From: Hyphomicrobiales bacterium
Lineage (GTDB): Bacteria; Pseudomonadota; Alphaproteobacteria; Rhizobiales; OSC116
Assembly: GCA_013214705.1 (NCBI GenBank)
Contig: JABSRZ010000007.1
Coordinates: forward strand, 3,951 to 67,950
Length of the DNA stretch: 64,000 nt
Reading direction: 5' to 3'
The position numbers and the translations under genes are program-made. Shown here in pieces: positions 26,979-35,130 of the stretch. Each line of letters begins with the position of its first letter. Positions within the stretch are counted from its first letter, which is position 1. The notes under the pieces were generated by a model. That model ran no database searches and was not told the DNA's origin. It saw only the letters and a list, made by a program, of their open reading frames with translations.

Positions 26979-28345
26979 GCGCCCGCATACTGGTTGTTGA
27001 TGACATCCTAACAAATGTAAAACTTTTAGAAGCAAAATTGACTGCAGAATATTTTGATGTTTATACAGCGACAAGTGGCCAAGAGGCACTTGATTTGGTG
27101 GCATCGACACCGCCGGATATTATTTTGTTAGATGTTATGATGCCGCATATGGACGGGTTTGAGGTCTGTCGCCGCATTAAAAGCAACCCAGACACCCAAC
27201 ACATACCCGTAATTATGGTTACGGCGCTTGACCAAACAGCCGATAAACTAAATGGGCTGGCCGCTGGGGCAGATGACTTTTTAACCAAGCCAGTAAACCA
27301 TATAGCGTTATTGGCACGGGTGAAGAGTCTCGTGCGGCTTAAAATGGTGGTTGATGAATTGCGCTTGCGCACCACAAATAATGAAGCCATGGGCGTGCCG
27401 ATGGATGTAGTATTGCAACCGCCTAAAAGTTTGGGCGGCAATATATTGATTGTCGAAGATGATCAAAAAATGGTTGATTTGTTTTCTAACAGTTTAAATA
27501 ACAACGAGAATCACAGTTTATTTTTTACCAGTGATCCCCAAGAAGGCTTGTATTTAGCTTCATCAGAAAATATAGATTTGATAATTATTTCGCTGAATAT
27601 GGACGATTTTGACGGCTTGCGGTTATGTTCGCAGCTTAAATCGATGGATAAAACTAGAAATTTACCCATTTTAGTGGTTATAGACGATTCCAACCCCCAG
27701 AAATTGGCACGGGCTTTGGATATGGGGGTGAATGATTATATTTCTCATCCGGTTGATTCGCATGAATTATATGCGAGATGTTTATTATCATTAAAACGCA
27801 AATGGTATGCCGACCAATTACGCAATAATTTAGAACTTAGTATGGAAATGGTGGTTAGGGACGCCCTTACTGGTATGTTTAACCGCCGATATATAGACAG
27901 CAATTTGAAAAAAATATTTATTGATGCAAAAAACAATAACAAACCGCTATCATTATTATTGTTGGACATTGATCGTTTTAAACGTGTGAATGACAATTAT
28001 GGCCACGACATCGGTGATGAGATTTTGATTGAATTTGCCAGCCGTATACGCGCCGGGGTGCGCGGTATAGACATAGCCGCCAGGTTGGGCGGCGAAGAAT
28101 TTGTGGTTATTTTGCCCGATACAGACTTAGAGACTGCGATAAATATTGCAGAGCGATTGCGGGTTATCATTTGTGACGAATTATTTGTAAACCTCCCCAA
28201 TTGTGAAGATTTAACTATTTCGATGAGCGTGGGCATATCGACCTTGAATAACCGTGATAATAAGCCAGAAAACCTGCTTAAACGCGCCGACTTGGCATTG
28301 TATAAAGCCAAAGAAGGCGGGCGTAACCGGGTAGATACATACTAA
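26975..28345 (+). CDS. pleD: Response regulator diguanylate cyclase PleD (REC-REC-GGDEF)
   Basis: First REC with the phospho-acceptor context [12 protein letters not shown], then a second adaptor REC. The GGDEF domain has the active site GGEEF and the I-site RGID five residues upstream. Confidence 0.85.
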   Translation: MSARILVVDDILTNVKLLEAKLTAEYFDVYTATSGQEALDLVASTPPDIILLDVMMPHMDGFEVCRRIKSNPDTQHIPVIMVTALDQTADKLNGLAAGADDFLTKPVNHIALLARVKSLVRLKMVVDELRLRTTNNEAMGVPMDVVLQPPKSLGGNILIVEDDQKMVDLFSNSLNNNENHSLFFTSDPQEGLYLASSENIDLIIISLNMDDFDGLRLCSQLKSMDKTRNLPILVVIDDSNPQKLARALDMGVNDYISHPVDSHELYARCLLSLKRKWYADQLRNNLELSMEMVVRDALTGMFNRRYIDSNLKKIFIDAKNNNKPLSLLLLDIDRFKRVNDNYGHDIGDEILIEFASRIRAGVRGIDIAARLGGEEFVVILPDTDLETAINIAERLRVIICDELFVNLPNCEDLTISMSVGISTLNNRDNKPENLLKRADLALYKAKEGGRNRVDTY

Positions 28346-28383
28346 AATCAGTCTCAGGATTATTATACCGAGTGTCATATTTA

Positions 28384-29304
28384 TCAAAACAATTTGGCCA
28401 AACGTTTTTGCAAATTCTGGATGAAACCCACACCAACTAAAATTAGCACCACGCCGATAATTTCATTCACTTCCAAGCTTTCGCCGAGCAATATCACACC
28501 AATTGCGATGGCGAATATAGGTATGATAAAGGTGGATAAAGATGTATTGCTTGGCCCCGCACGTTTGAGCAATTTGAACAATATCACATAGGCAAGGGCG
28601 GTCGATAATAAAGATAAGATGGTTATACTTAGCCAAATATTGTGGCTGTAATCTAGTGTTGGTAAACCTTCGAAGTAAATGGCAATAAAACCGGTTACGA
28701 GGCCTGACCACAACAGACAGTATGTTGAAATAACGGTGTTATTTAGGCTATCGGAAACCCAGAGACGGTTGTAGATGCCGCTGATTGCATAGAAGAATGT
28801 GGCGCAAATGAGCGACAGTTGGGCGATGTTGGTGACGTCGAATTCAGTGATGACATCGAAACCAATAATGGTCAAAATACCCACAAAACCAATTAACAGG
28901 CCAATTATTTTATTGGCGCTTAAACGTTCGGAATGACCCAAAATAAAGTGAGCAAAAATGGCGGTAAAAAATGGCACAGTGCCGTTGAATATGGACGCCA
29001 CACTGGTGTTAACGAATTGCTGACCCCAAGTGAAAAATGAAAATGGAATGGCGGAGGACGTCATGCCCATGCCGAATAAAATAATATGTTCTTTCAGAGT
29101 TAGCTTTAGGCTGCGTTTACTCAAGACACACCATAATAGCAGCGCCAATCCGGCTATGGAGGTGCGTAAAAACACCAATGTAAATGGCTGTAATTCTTGC
29201 AGGCTAATTTTGAGATTTATGAAAGATGAACCCCATAATACAGCCAATGCAAGCAGCATGATCCATTCGGCTTTACCCATATTATATGTTGTTTTGTTGG
29301 CCAT
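28384..29304 (-). CDS. DMT superfamily (EamA) transporter
   Basis: 306 aa, 10 TM, with the duplicated EamA organisation. Confidence 0.8.
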   Translation of the reverse strand: MANKTTYNMGKAEWIMLLALAVLWGSSFINLKISLQELQPFTLVFLRTSIAGLALLLWCVLSKRSLKLTLKEHIILFGMGMTSSAIPFSFFTWGQQFVNTSVASIFNGTVPFFTAIFAHFILGHSERLSANKIIGLLIGFVGILTIIGFDVITEFDVTNIAQLSLICATFFYAISGIYNRLWVSDSLNNTVISTYCLLWSGLVTGFIAIYFEGLPTLDYSHNIWLSITILSLLSTALAYVILFKLLKRAGPSNTSLSTFIIPIFAIAIGVILLGESLEVNEIIGVVLILVGVGFIQNLQKRLAKLF

Positions 29305-29423
29305 ATTAACTCCTCTGAAGGGTCACTAATAACATTGGAACATGAAAATGTTTAATCAAATTTTTTGATCTATTTTAGAAACTATTGAGTGGTGTTTTGG
29401 CCGGTATAGATCTAGATTGTGGT

Positions 29424-29879
29424 ATGAGTGAATTGAAAATACGGATGGCTCGTAAGAGCGATATTGCAGAAATTGTAAAACTTTTGGCCGACGATATATT
29501 GGGTAAAACCCGAGAAAGTGCCGATGTCGAATTATATGAATCCGGTTTTAATGCCATATTGAACGATGAAAACAATTATTTTTTTGTTGCTGATCTTGAT
29601 CACAAAATTGTGGGTTGTTTTCAACTGACATTTATACCAAGTTTGTCTCGTGGTGCGGCAATGAGGGGGCAAATAGAATCTGTTCGTGTAAATGTGGCAT
29701 TAAGAGGCCAGAATATTGGCACAAAAATGATGCAGTGGGCGATTGAATTTTGTAAAAACAATGGCTGCAAATTGGTGCAATTAACCACAGATAAACACCG
29801 TGTACAAGCACATGAATTTTATAATAAATTGGGGTTTGAAAGCTCACATATTGGCATGAAATTAGATATTGGAGAATAA
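29424..29879 (+). CDS. GNAT family N-acetyltransferase
   Basis: IRMARKSDIAEI...VRVNVALRGQNIGTKMMQWAIEF matches the acetyl-CoA binding motif R/Q-x-x-G-x-G/A. I chose ATG at 29424. Confidence 0.8.
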   Translation: MSELKIRMARKSDIAEIVKLLADDILGKTRESADVELYESGFNAILNDENNYFFVADLDHKIVGCFQLTFIPSLSRGAAMRGQIESVRVNVALRGQNIGTKMMQWAIEFCKNNGCKLVQLTTDKHRVQAHEFYNKLGFESSHIGMKLDIGE

Positions 29880-29880
29880 A

Positions 29881-30513
29881 ATGACTGCGATAGAAATATA
29901 TATTTGGCCAACGCCAAATGCACATAAAATTACAATTATGTTAGAAGAAACTGGGCTAGATTATAATGTAAATTATATTGATATTGGTAAAGAGGAGCAG
30001 TTTGCGCCAGATTTTTTGAAAATAGCGCCAAACAATAGAATGCCTGCAATTGTTGACCCAGAGGGACCTGATGGCAAGCCGATTTCTGTGTTTGAATCTG
30101 GCGCCATATTGCAATATCTGGGCCGCAAAACTGGGCAATTTTACCCCAATGATGAGCGCCAGCGCGTGGCTGTTGAAGAATGGCTCATGTGGCAAATGGG
30201 TGGTTTTGGCCCGATGTTGGGACAAGCGCATCATTTTAGATTGTTTGCACCCGAACAAGTGCCCTATGGCATAAAAAGATATACCGAAGAAGCCAACCGG
30301 CTCTATGGAGTTTTGGATCGTAAACTAGCAAAAACCGAATTTGTGGCCGGTGATTATTCCATTGCAGACATGGCAATAATTGGTTGGGCGATGTCGCATG
30401 AACGTCAAGGGCAGAATTTGGATGATTTTTTGCATGTGAAAAAATGGTATGATGCCATGATGGAGCGGCCAGCGGTACAAAAGGCTATACTTATAAAACC
30501 GGCACAAAATTAG
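29881..30513 (+). CDS. Glutathione S-transferase, Nu-class (YfcG/YghU-like)
   Basis: IYIWPTPNAHKITIMLEETGL...NNRMPAIVD...ESGAILQYL is typical of YfcG-like GSTs. Confidence 0.85.
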   Translation: MTAIEIYIWPTPNAHKITIMLEETGLDYNVNYIDIGKEEQFAPDFLKIAPNNRMPAIVDPEGPDGKPISVFESGAILQYLGRKTGQFYPNDERQRVAVEEWLMWQMGGFGPMLGQAHHFRLFAPEQVPYGIKRYTEEANRLYGVLDRKLAKTEFVAGDYSIADMAIIGWAMSHERQGQNLDDFLHVKKWYDAMMERPAVQKAILIKPAQN

Positions 30514-30518
30514 GGCGT

Positions 30519-30546
30519 AAAAAAAGGCGGCTGTTACACCGCCTTT
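30519..30546. terminator. Hairpin terminator between convergent GST and creA genes
   Basis: AAAGGCGG-8-nt loop-CCGCCTTT. A 7-nt A tract on the + strand gives a U tract for minus-strand creA. The U tract is weaker for the + strand. Confidence 0.7.
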
Positions 30547-30564
30547 AATCTGTCACTCAAGCCA

Positions 30565-31101
30565 TTATTTTAAATAATCTTCGCAACGAGCTGGCATCTG
30601 GGTGCCCCATGGCATAATGGGCACAGTGGAGGTTGAGTTTTTGGGTGAACCTTCTATCACTTTATCTGAATATACTAGATATACCAAGGTGTTGCGTTTG
30701 GCGTCGCAACCGCGCACGATGCGCATTTTTTTAAACAATATCGAACGTTTTTTACGATACATCACATCACCTTGTTCAAATTTTTCGGTAAATTCGATAG
30801 GGCCGACTTGGCGACAGGCAAGTGATATGTCAGAAACTTCTTCGGCCACGCCAAAGAAACCGGCCACCCCACCTTTCTCTGGCACGGTAAAATGACATGC
30901 TACGCCTTTGATGATCGGGTCATCAATGGCATATACCGCCAATTTGTGGTCTGGCGATAAAAATTTCCACACGGTGGATTTTTTAAATATTAGATCCGGC
31001 TCATTAGCATTTGAGATGGTGGCTGTACTTAAGGCGATTGTGGCTATTATCATAGCGCTGGCGAGTGTTTTAAAAGTGTTTTTGACCCAGTATTTTATCA
31101 T
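30565..31101 (-). CDS. creA: CreA family periplasmic protein
   Basis: Signal peptide. DPIIKGVACHFTVPEKGG...AEEVSDISLACRQVGPI...LVYLVYSDKVIEGSPKNSTSTVP follows the CreA pattern. Confidence 0.8.
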   Translation of the reverse strand: MIKYWVKNTFKTLASAMIIATIALSTATISNANEPDLIFKKSTVWKFLSPDHKLAVYAIDDPIIKGVACHFTVPEKGGVAGFFGVAEEVSDISLACRQVGPIEFTEKFEQGDVMYRKKRSILFKKMRIVRGCDAKRNTLVYLVYSDKVIEGSPKNSTSTVPIMPWGTQMPARCEDYLK

Positions 31102-31261
31102 TTTTATATCCGAAAATTAAGTGAAATAACTGCCTAATATATGGGTAGCTCTCGAATTTATACAAGCCAAATTTAAATAAAATCCAATTATCTGTTGCCA
31201 TCACTTTAATAGTGTACTACATAAGTAACACACCAACATACGAAGAAAGGATTAATCTTAA

Positions 31262-31618
31262 ATGTTTGAATGGAATAAAAATCAACCAATATTTTTGCAG
31301 ATTAGGCAAAAAATCATTGAAATGATTTTAAACAAAAATGTAAGTTCGGGTGAGGCATTACCCTCTGTACGGCAGTTGTCAACAGAGCTATCCGTCAACC
31401 CATTAACTGTAACTAAGGCTTATCAATCATTGGTTGATCTGCAAATAATTGAAAAAAAACGTGGGTTAGGAATGTTTGTAATGGAAAATTCGCATGAGCA
31501 ATTGTTAACTATTGAGCGCGACAAGTTTTTGAAAGAAGAATGGCCGCATATATTAAAACGCTTGGCTTCATTGGGTATAAAACTCAAAGACTTAGCCAAG
31601 AAAGAGCAGGTGGCTTAG
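31262..31618 (+). CDS. GntR family transcriptional regulator, YtrA subfamily
   Basis: 118 aa. Winged HTH (LPSVRQLSTELSVNPLTVTKAYQSL) with a short C-terminal helical tail typical of YtrA-type regulators. Confidence 0.8.
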   Translation: MFEWNKNQPIFLQIRQKIIEMILNKNVSSGEALPSVRQLSTELSVNPLTVTKAYQSLVDLQIIEKKRGLGMFVMENSHEQLLTIERDKFLKEEWPHILKRLASLGIKLKDLAKKEQVA

Positions 31619-32467
31619 ATGGAAAGTTTAATTAAAGTCAGCAACTTGTCAAAATCTTTCAAAAACATTCAAGTGCTTAAAAATGTAAGTTTTGAAATTG
31701 AAAAAGGCCATATTTATGGACTTATTGGCCATAATGGCGCTGGTAAAACCACAATTTTAAACTGTATTTTAGGTTTAATGGATTATGATGGCGAAATTTC
31801 TGTATTGGGCAAATCTCCCTATCAAGAGCGCTTTAAATTAATGCAAGATATTGCGTTTATTTCTGACGTTGCCAGCCTACCAAGATTTTTGAAAGTTAAA
31901 CAATTAATTGAATTGATGAAAGACATTCATCCTAAATTTTCGGAGGATAAAATAAATGAATTTTTACAAAACTCGAATATTAAGCTTCAAGCTAAGGTTA
32001 AATCTTTATCAAAAGGTATGCTCGCTCAGCTTCATTTGGCGATAGTTATGTCGATCGACGCCAAAATATTGGTTCTAGATGAACCTACACTTGGTCTTGA
32101 CATTATCAATCGTAAAAACTTTTTTAAACAATTGATAGACGACTACATGCATGATGGCAGAACGATTTTGGTCACCACACATCAAATTGATGAAATCGAA
32201 TTTTTACTATCAGACATTATGTTTGTGCGCGATGGTGAGCTTATATTAAATTGTCCAATGGAAGAAGTCGCAGATCGATATACGCAGCTGATTTTAAGCC
32301 CTGATAGTTTAGAAGCAGCGCAAGCGCTAAAACCGATTTATGAAGATAAGCAATTTGGCCAAACCATTATGTTATTTGACAATGTCAAACTTGATGAAAT
32401 AACCAAGTTAGGCACCGTTTCAACTCCAAATATTAGTGACTTATTTGTTGCTTTAATGCAGAAATAG
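31619..32467 (+). CDS. ABC transporter ATP-binding protein
   Basis: Walker A GHNGAGKTT, signature LSKGM, Walker B ILVLDEPT. The start abuts the gntR stop. Confidence 0.85.
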   Translation: MESLIKVSNLSKSFKNIQVLKNVSFEIEKGHIYGLIGHNGAGKTTILNCILGLMDYDGEISVLGKSPYQERFKLMQDIAFISDVASLPRFLKVKQLIELMKDIHPKFSEDKINEFLQNSNIKLQAKVKSLSKGMLAQLHLAIVMSIDAKILVLDEPTLGLDIINRKNFFKQLIDDYMHDGRTILVTTHQIDEIEFLLSDIMFVRDGELILNCPMEEVADRYTQLILSPDSLEAAQALKPIYEDKQFGQTIMLFDNVKLDEITKLGTVSTPNISDLFVALMQK

Positions 32468-32478
32468 GGGATTTAGAT

Positions 32479-33426
32479 ATGAATATTACAGCTGAAAAAG
32501 CCATTATTAAAAAAGAACTTCTCGAGCATAAAACCTCATTATTTATCGCACCGGCTATTTTGACCAGCTTGTTTTTTGTGTTGATTAGCATTCAAATGTT
32601 TTTTGGTACAGAAGGCGTGCCTCTGGTGCCCGCACATGAAATGTTTGTGGCCGCCTATGTCATGTCGACAGTGTTTTTCGTCATATATATGGTCATTACA
32701 TTATTTTTCTATTTTGCCGATTCATTCTCGTCTGATCGCAAACATAATGGGCTACTTTTCTGGAAATCGTTGCCAATAAGTGATTTGAAAATACTGGGCT
32801 TAAAAACTTTCACCGGCACTATTATCATTCCGTTGATTATTTTGGGCTGGATAATGGTGGCAAGTGTTTCATCTTATATAATTGGGTTGCTAAATTTTGG
32901 CGGCTTTACACAATTTATTGCCCCGTGGACAGCTTTGTACACATTGGTAGAATTGTCGGCAAATTTGTTGATTATTTTGGTCATCGTATTTTTGTGGTTA
33001 GCTCCATTCTACACATGGGTTGGTGTGCTAAGTGCATTCTTTAAAAAATGGTCGATAGCACTGGCATTTGTCATCCCGCTCGTATTAATCGCGATGGAAG
33101 AAATATTTAGTTTTGATGCGTTCCAAACCAGTTATATTGCTGATTTTATAGGCAATCGGTTGGTAGGAATTGTTGACCATTCGGTGGCTGGTAATGCCGA
33201 ATTTAACCAAACTATGCAGGATATGAGCGTAAAAATGAACTTTGGTGACGATGGTCCGAATAACTTACAAGGCTTTGAAGCCAACTTGTTGTTAAGCAAA
33301 CTTGAAACCATCACCTGGCATTTTATTACCAATGTAAGGTGGTTGGCATTGTTGAGCGGTTTGCTAGTGTCTGGCGTGTTTGTATATATTGCAAGCGAAT
33401 ATCGCAGACGGTTTATTGAAGCTTAA
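32479..33426 (+). CDS. Putative ABC-2-type permease / membrane protein of the YtrA-ABC module
   Basis: 315 aa, about 6 TM. The N-terminal IIKKELLEHKTS resembles ABC-2 permease N-termini. The assignment rests largely on operon context. Confidence 0.5.
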   Translation: MNITAEKAIIKKELLEHKTSLFIAPAILTSLFFVLISIQMFFGTEGVPLVPAHEMFVAAYVMSTVFFVIYMVITLFFYFADSFSSDRKHNGLLFWKSLPISDLKILGLKTFTGTIIIPLIILGWIMVASVSSYIIGLLNFGGFTQFIAPWTALYTLVELSANLLIILVIVFLWLAPFYTWVGVLSAFFKKWSIALAFVIPLVLIAMEEIFSFDAFQTSYIADFIGNRLVGIVDHSVAGNAEFNQTMQDMSVKMNFGDDGPNNLQGFEANLLLSKLETITWHFITNVRWLALLSGLLVSGVFVYIASEYRRRFIEA

Positions 33427-33454
33427 AATATAGTTTAAAATCTAGAGGAAGAGG

Positions 33455-33481
33455 AAAGGGCGGTTTATCTGTCCTTTTTTT
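33455..33481 (+). terminator. Rho-independent terminator after the ABC module
   Basis: AAAGGGC-9-nt loop-GTCCTTT (one G-U pair) followed by TTTTTT. Confidence 0.7.
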
Positions 33482-33484
33482 GAC

Positions 33485-33949
33485 TTGAAATTCCCCAAAC
33501 ATCGACTATATGTTAATGACAAGGCAGTTAAGGATATCGATGTGAGCAAAAGATTACAAAATGCACAATCTGTGACGCCAAGAGTGATGTATTTCTACTC
33601 GGTTATTAGACCCTTATCACTATTTGCTATATCTTTAGTGGCTGGCCTATATATGCATTGGGCATTTTACATTGCCGCCTTTATATTGTTGTTAGATGTA
33701 CAGGCGCGTTTGACTGATTATATCCGATTTCGGCACATACCTTATAATGTAAAAATACTAAATTTGCTCGAAAAGTCGTGGTGTAAACGTGGTGTGGCAC
33801 AAGCCATTTGGCCGGAGGCTGTTGCTTATTACCGCACCAAAGGCCATAAATTTTACCACATTATGCCAGTTGGGGCGCCGCGTGTATTTTTTAAACTGAG
33901 GTTTTGGGAAGCGGTGATAGGCACCAAAACACCTAAAGATTTGATCTAA
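33485..33949 (+). CDS. Hypothetical membrane protein
   Basis: 154-aa ORF with two hydrophobic helices (LSLFAISLVAGLYMHWAFYIAAFILLL). The start is uncertain (TTG). I recognise no family. Confidence 0.4.
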   Translation: MKFPKHRLYVNDKAVKDIDVSKRLQNAQSVTPRVMYFYSVIRPLSLFAISLVAGLYMHWAFYIAAFILLLDVQARLTDYIRFRHIPYNVKILNLLEKSWCKRGVAQAIWPEAVAYYRTKGHKFYHIMPVGAPRVFFKLRFWEAVIGTKTPKDLI

Positions 33950-33950
33950 A

Positions 33951-33975
33951 TAAAGGGCAGATTAACCGCCCTTTA
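33951..33975. terminator. Hairpin between convergent genes (possible bidirectional terminator)
   Basis: TAAAGGGC-9-nt loop-GCCCTTTA. The U tracts are short in both directions. Confidence 0.5.
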
Positions 33976-33988
33976 TATTGTGTATACA

Positions 33989-34888
33989 TCAACCAGAAAT
34001 ATATTTACGCCAACTATGTTGCTCTTTAAAGCCCAGCATTTCGCGTATTTTGCGGTTAGAAAACAAGGCTTCATATTCGCCTAATTCGCGGGTTATTGGC
34101 ACATTTGGAAAGAATTTTTCAATCAGATCCTTAGTCGGTAAAATGGCCCCGTTTTCATCATTTCCGGCGTTGAAAACTTCGTAACCTAAACCATCTTTTT
34201 CTAAGCACAAGTCCACAATTTGGCCAAGGTCGCGTGCGTCTATATAGCTGAAGGCTACGCGGCGGCGCACCTCTGGGTTTTTGAAATAATTGGGAAACAA
34301 AGTTTCATATTCGTGCGGCTCTATAACATTGCCTATGCGCAATGCATAAATATCGTTGCCAAATCGGCGCTGAAAGGAGCGTGCGGTTTTTTCGTTCACC
34401 ACTTTAGACAAGCCATAGCTGTCCATCGGGTCTACGTCATAATCTTCTTCTAGGGGCAGGGCGCGCGGGTCAACTTGTCCGTCCGAAAAACATACGCCAT
34501 AGGTGGTTTCAGATGAGGCGATGATAATTTTTTCGATGCCTAACTTACACGCGGCTTCTATAACATTATAAGTGCCCATGGTATTGATGCGGAAGCATTC
34601 GTTATCGGCATTGATAAGGATGCGGGGCACGGCCGCGAAGTGAACCACAGCGTCAAATTTAGGCACGCCTGTGCCCGGTTCGAGTTCTTCAAAACTGCCA
34701 TAGCCGCTTAGGATGTTAAACATTTGGCCAGAATCGGTTATGTCGCCAATCATGGTTTCAACGCCCGGATAATCTAGGGGGGTGAGGTCGAGGTTTATCA
34801 CCTTATGGCCTTGCGCCACTAAATATGCCACGGCATGCTTGCCAGCTTTGCCAGAACCGCCGGTAAATAATATTCTCTTGTTGGCCAT
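33989..34888 (-). CDS. NAD-dependent epimerase/dehydratase (extended SDR)
   Basis: ILFTGGSGKAGKH Rossmann motif and the SSETTYG/YGLSK catalytic region. I chose ATG at 34888 with a GGAGGC Shine-Dalgarno sequence; the ORF track extends 28 codons further upstream. Confidence 0.8.
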   Translation of the reverse strand: MANKRILFTGGSGKAGKHAVAYLVAQGHKVINLDLTPLDYPGVETMIGDITDSGQMFNILSGYGSFEELEPGTGVPKFDAVVHFAAVPRILINADNECFRINTMGTYNVIEAACKLGIEKIIIASSETTYGVCFSDGQVDPRALPLEEDYDVDPMDSYGLSKVVNEKTARSFQRRFGNDIYALRIGNVIEPHEYETLFPNYFKNPEVRRRVAFSYIDARDLGQIVDLCLEKDGLGYEVFNAGNDENGAILPTKDLIEKFFPNVPITRELGEYEALFSNRKIREMLGFKEQHSWRKYISG

Positions 34889-34992
34889 ATGAGCCTCCGT
34901 AAATTTGACTAAATATGAAATGATATATTCCAGCATTAACGTTAATACGAACAGCACGACAACACAAGACACAATATTTGATGGATATATTA

Positions 34993-35020
34993 AAGGCGCA
35001 TAATATATATTATGGAAACT
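34993..35020. other. dif: Candidate dif site (XerC/XerD chromosome dimer resolution site)
   Basis: AAGGCGCATAA-TATATA-TTATGGAAACT has the 11-6-11 architecture. It is 21/28 identical to E. coli dif GGTGCGCATAATGTATATTATGTTAAAT, including the GCGCATAA...TTATG inverted core. It is intergenic, about 110 bp downstream of parC. Confidence 0.6.
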
Positions 35021-35130
35021 TTTATTAAATAGAGGCCATAGAGCGGCTTATTAAATTATCGCCATCGGATATTCAAGCCAGTAATGTCTGTTGAAGCTGA
35101 CAACGAGTTATTCAACTGCATGGTGTCAGT

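Noticed and set aside
31134-31145. CTAATATATGGG, a fragment resembling the centre of the dif-like site, considered as a second dif copy that could delimit an IMEX element.
   Set aside because: It lacks both the CATAA and TTATG inverted arms and the 11-6-11 architecture. It is only an AT-rich run.
33989-34972. N-terminally extended ORF-track models (epimerase +28 aa, glmU +13 aa, CoA-transferase +11 aa, dctD +14 aa, mazG +11 aa, GNAT +13 aa, the second HAD +9 aa, and the ialB-like gene +13 aa).
   Set aside because: The extensions overlap upstream genes or lack homology-like sequence. Internal ATG codons give N-termini matching the family pattern, several with a Shine-Dalgarno sequence or ATGA coupling, so I used the shorter models.
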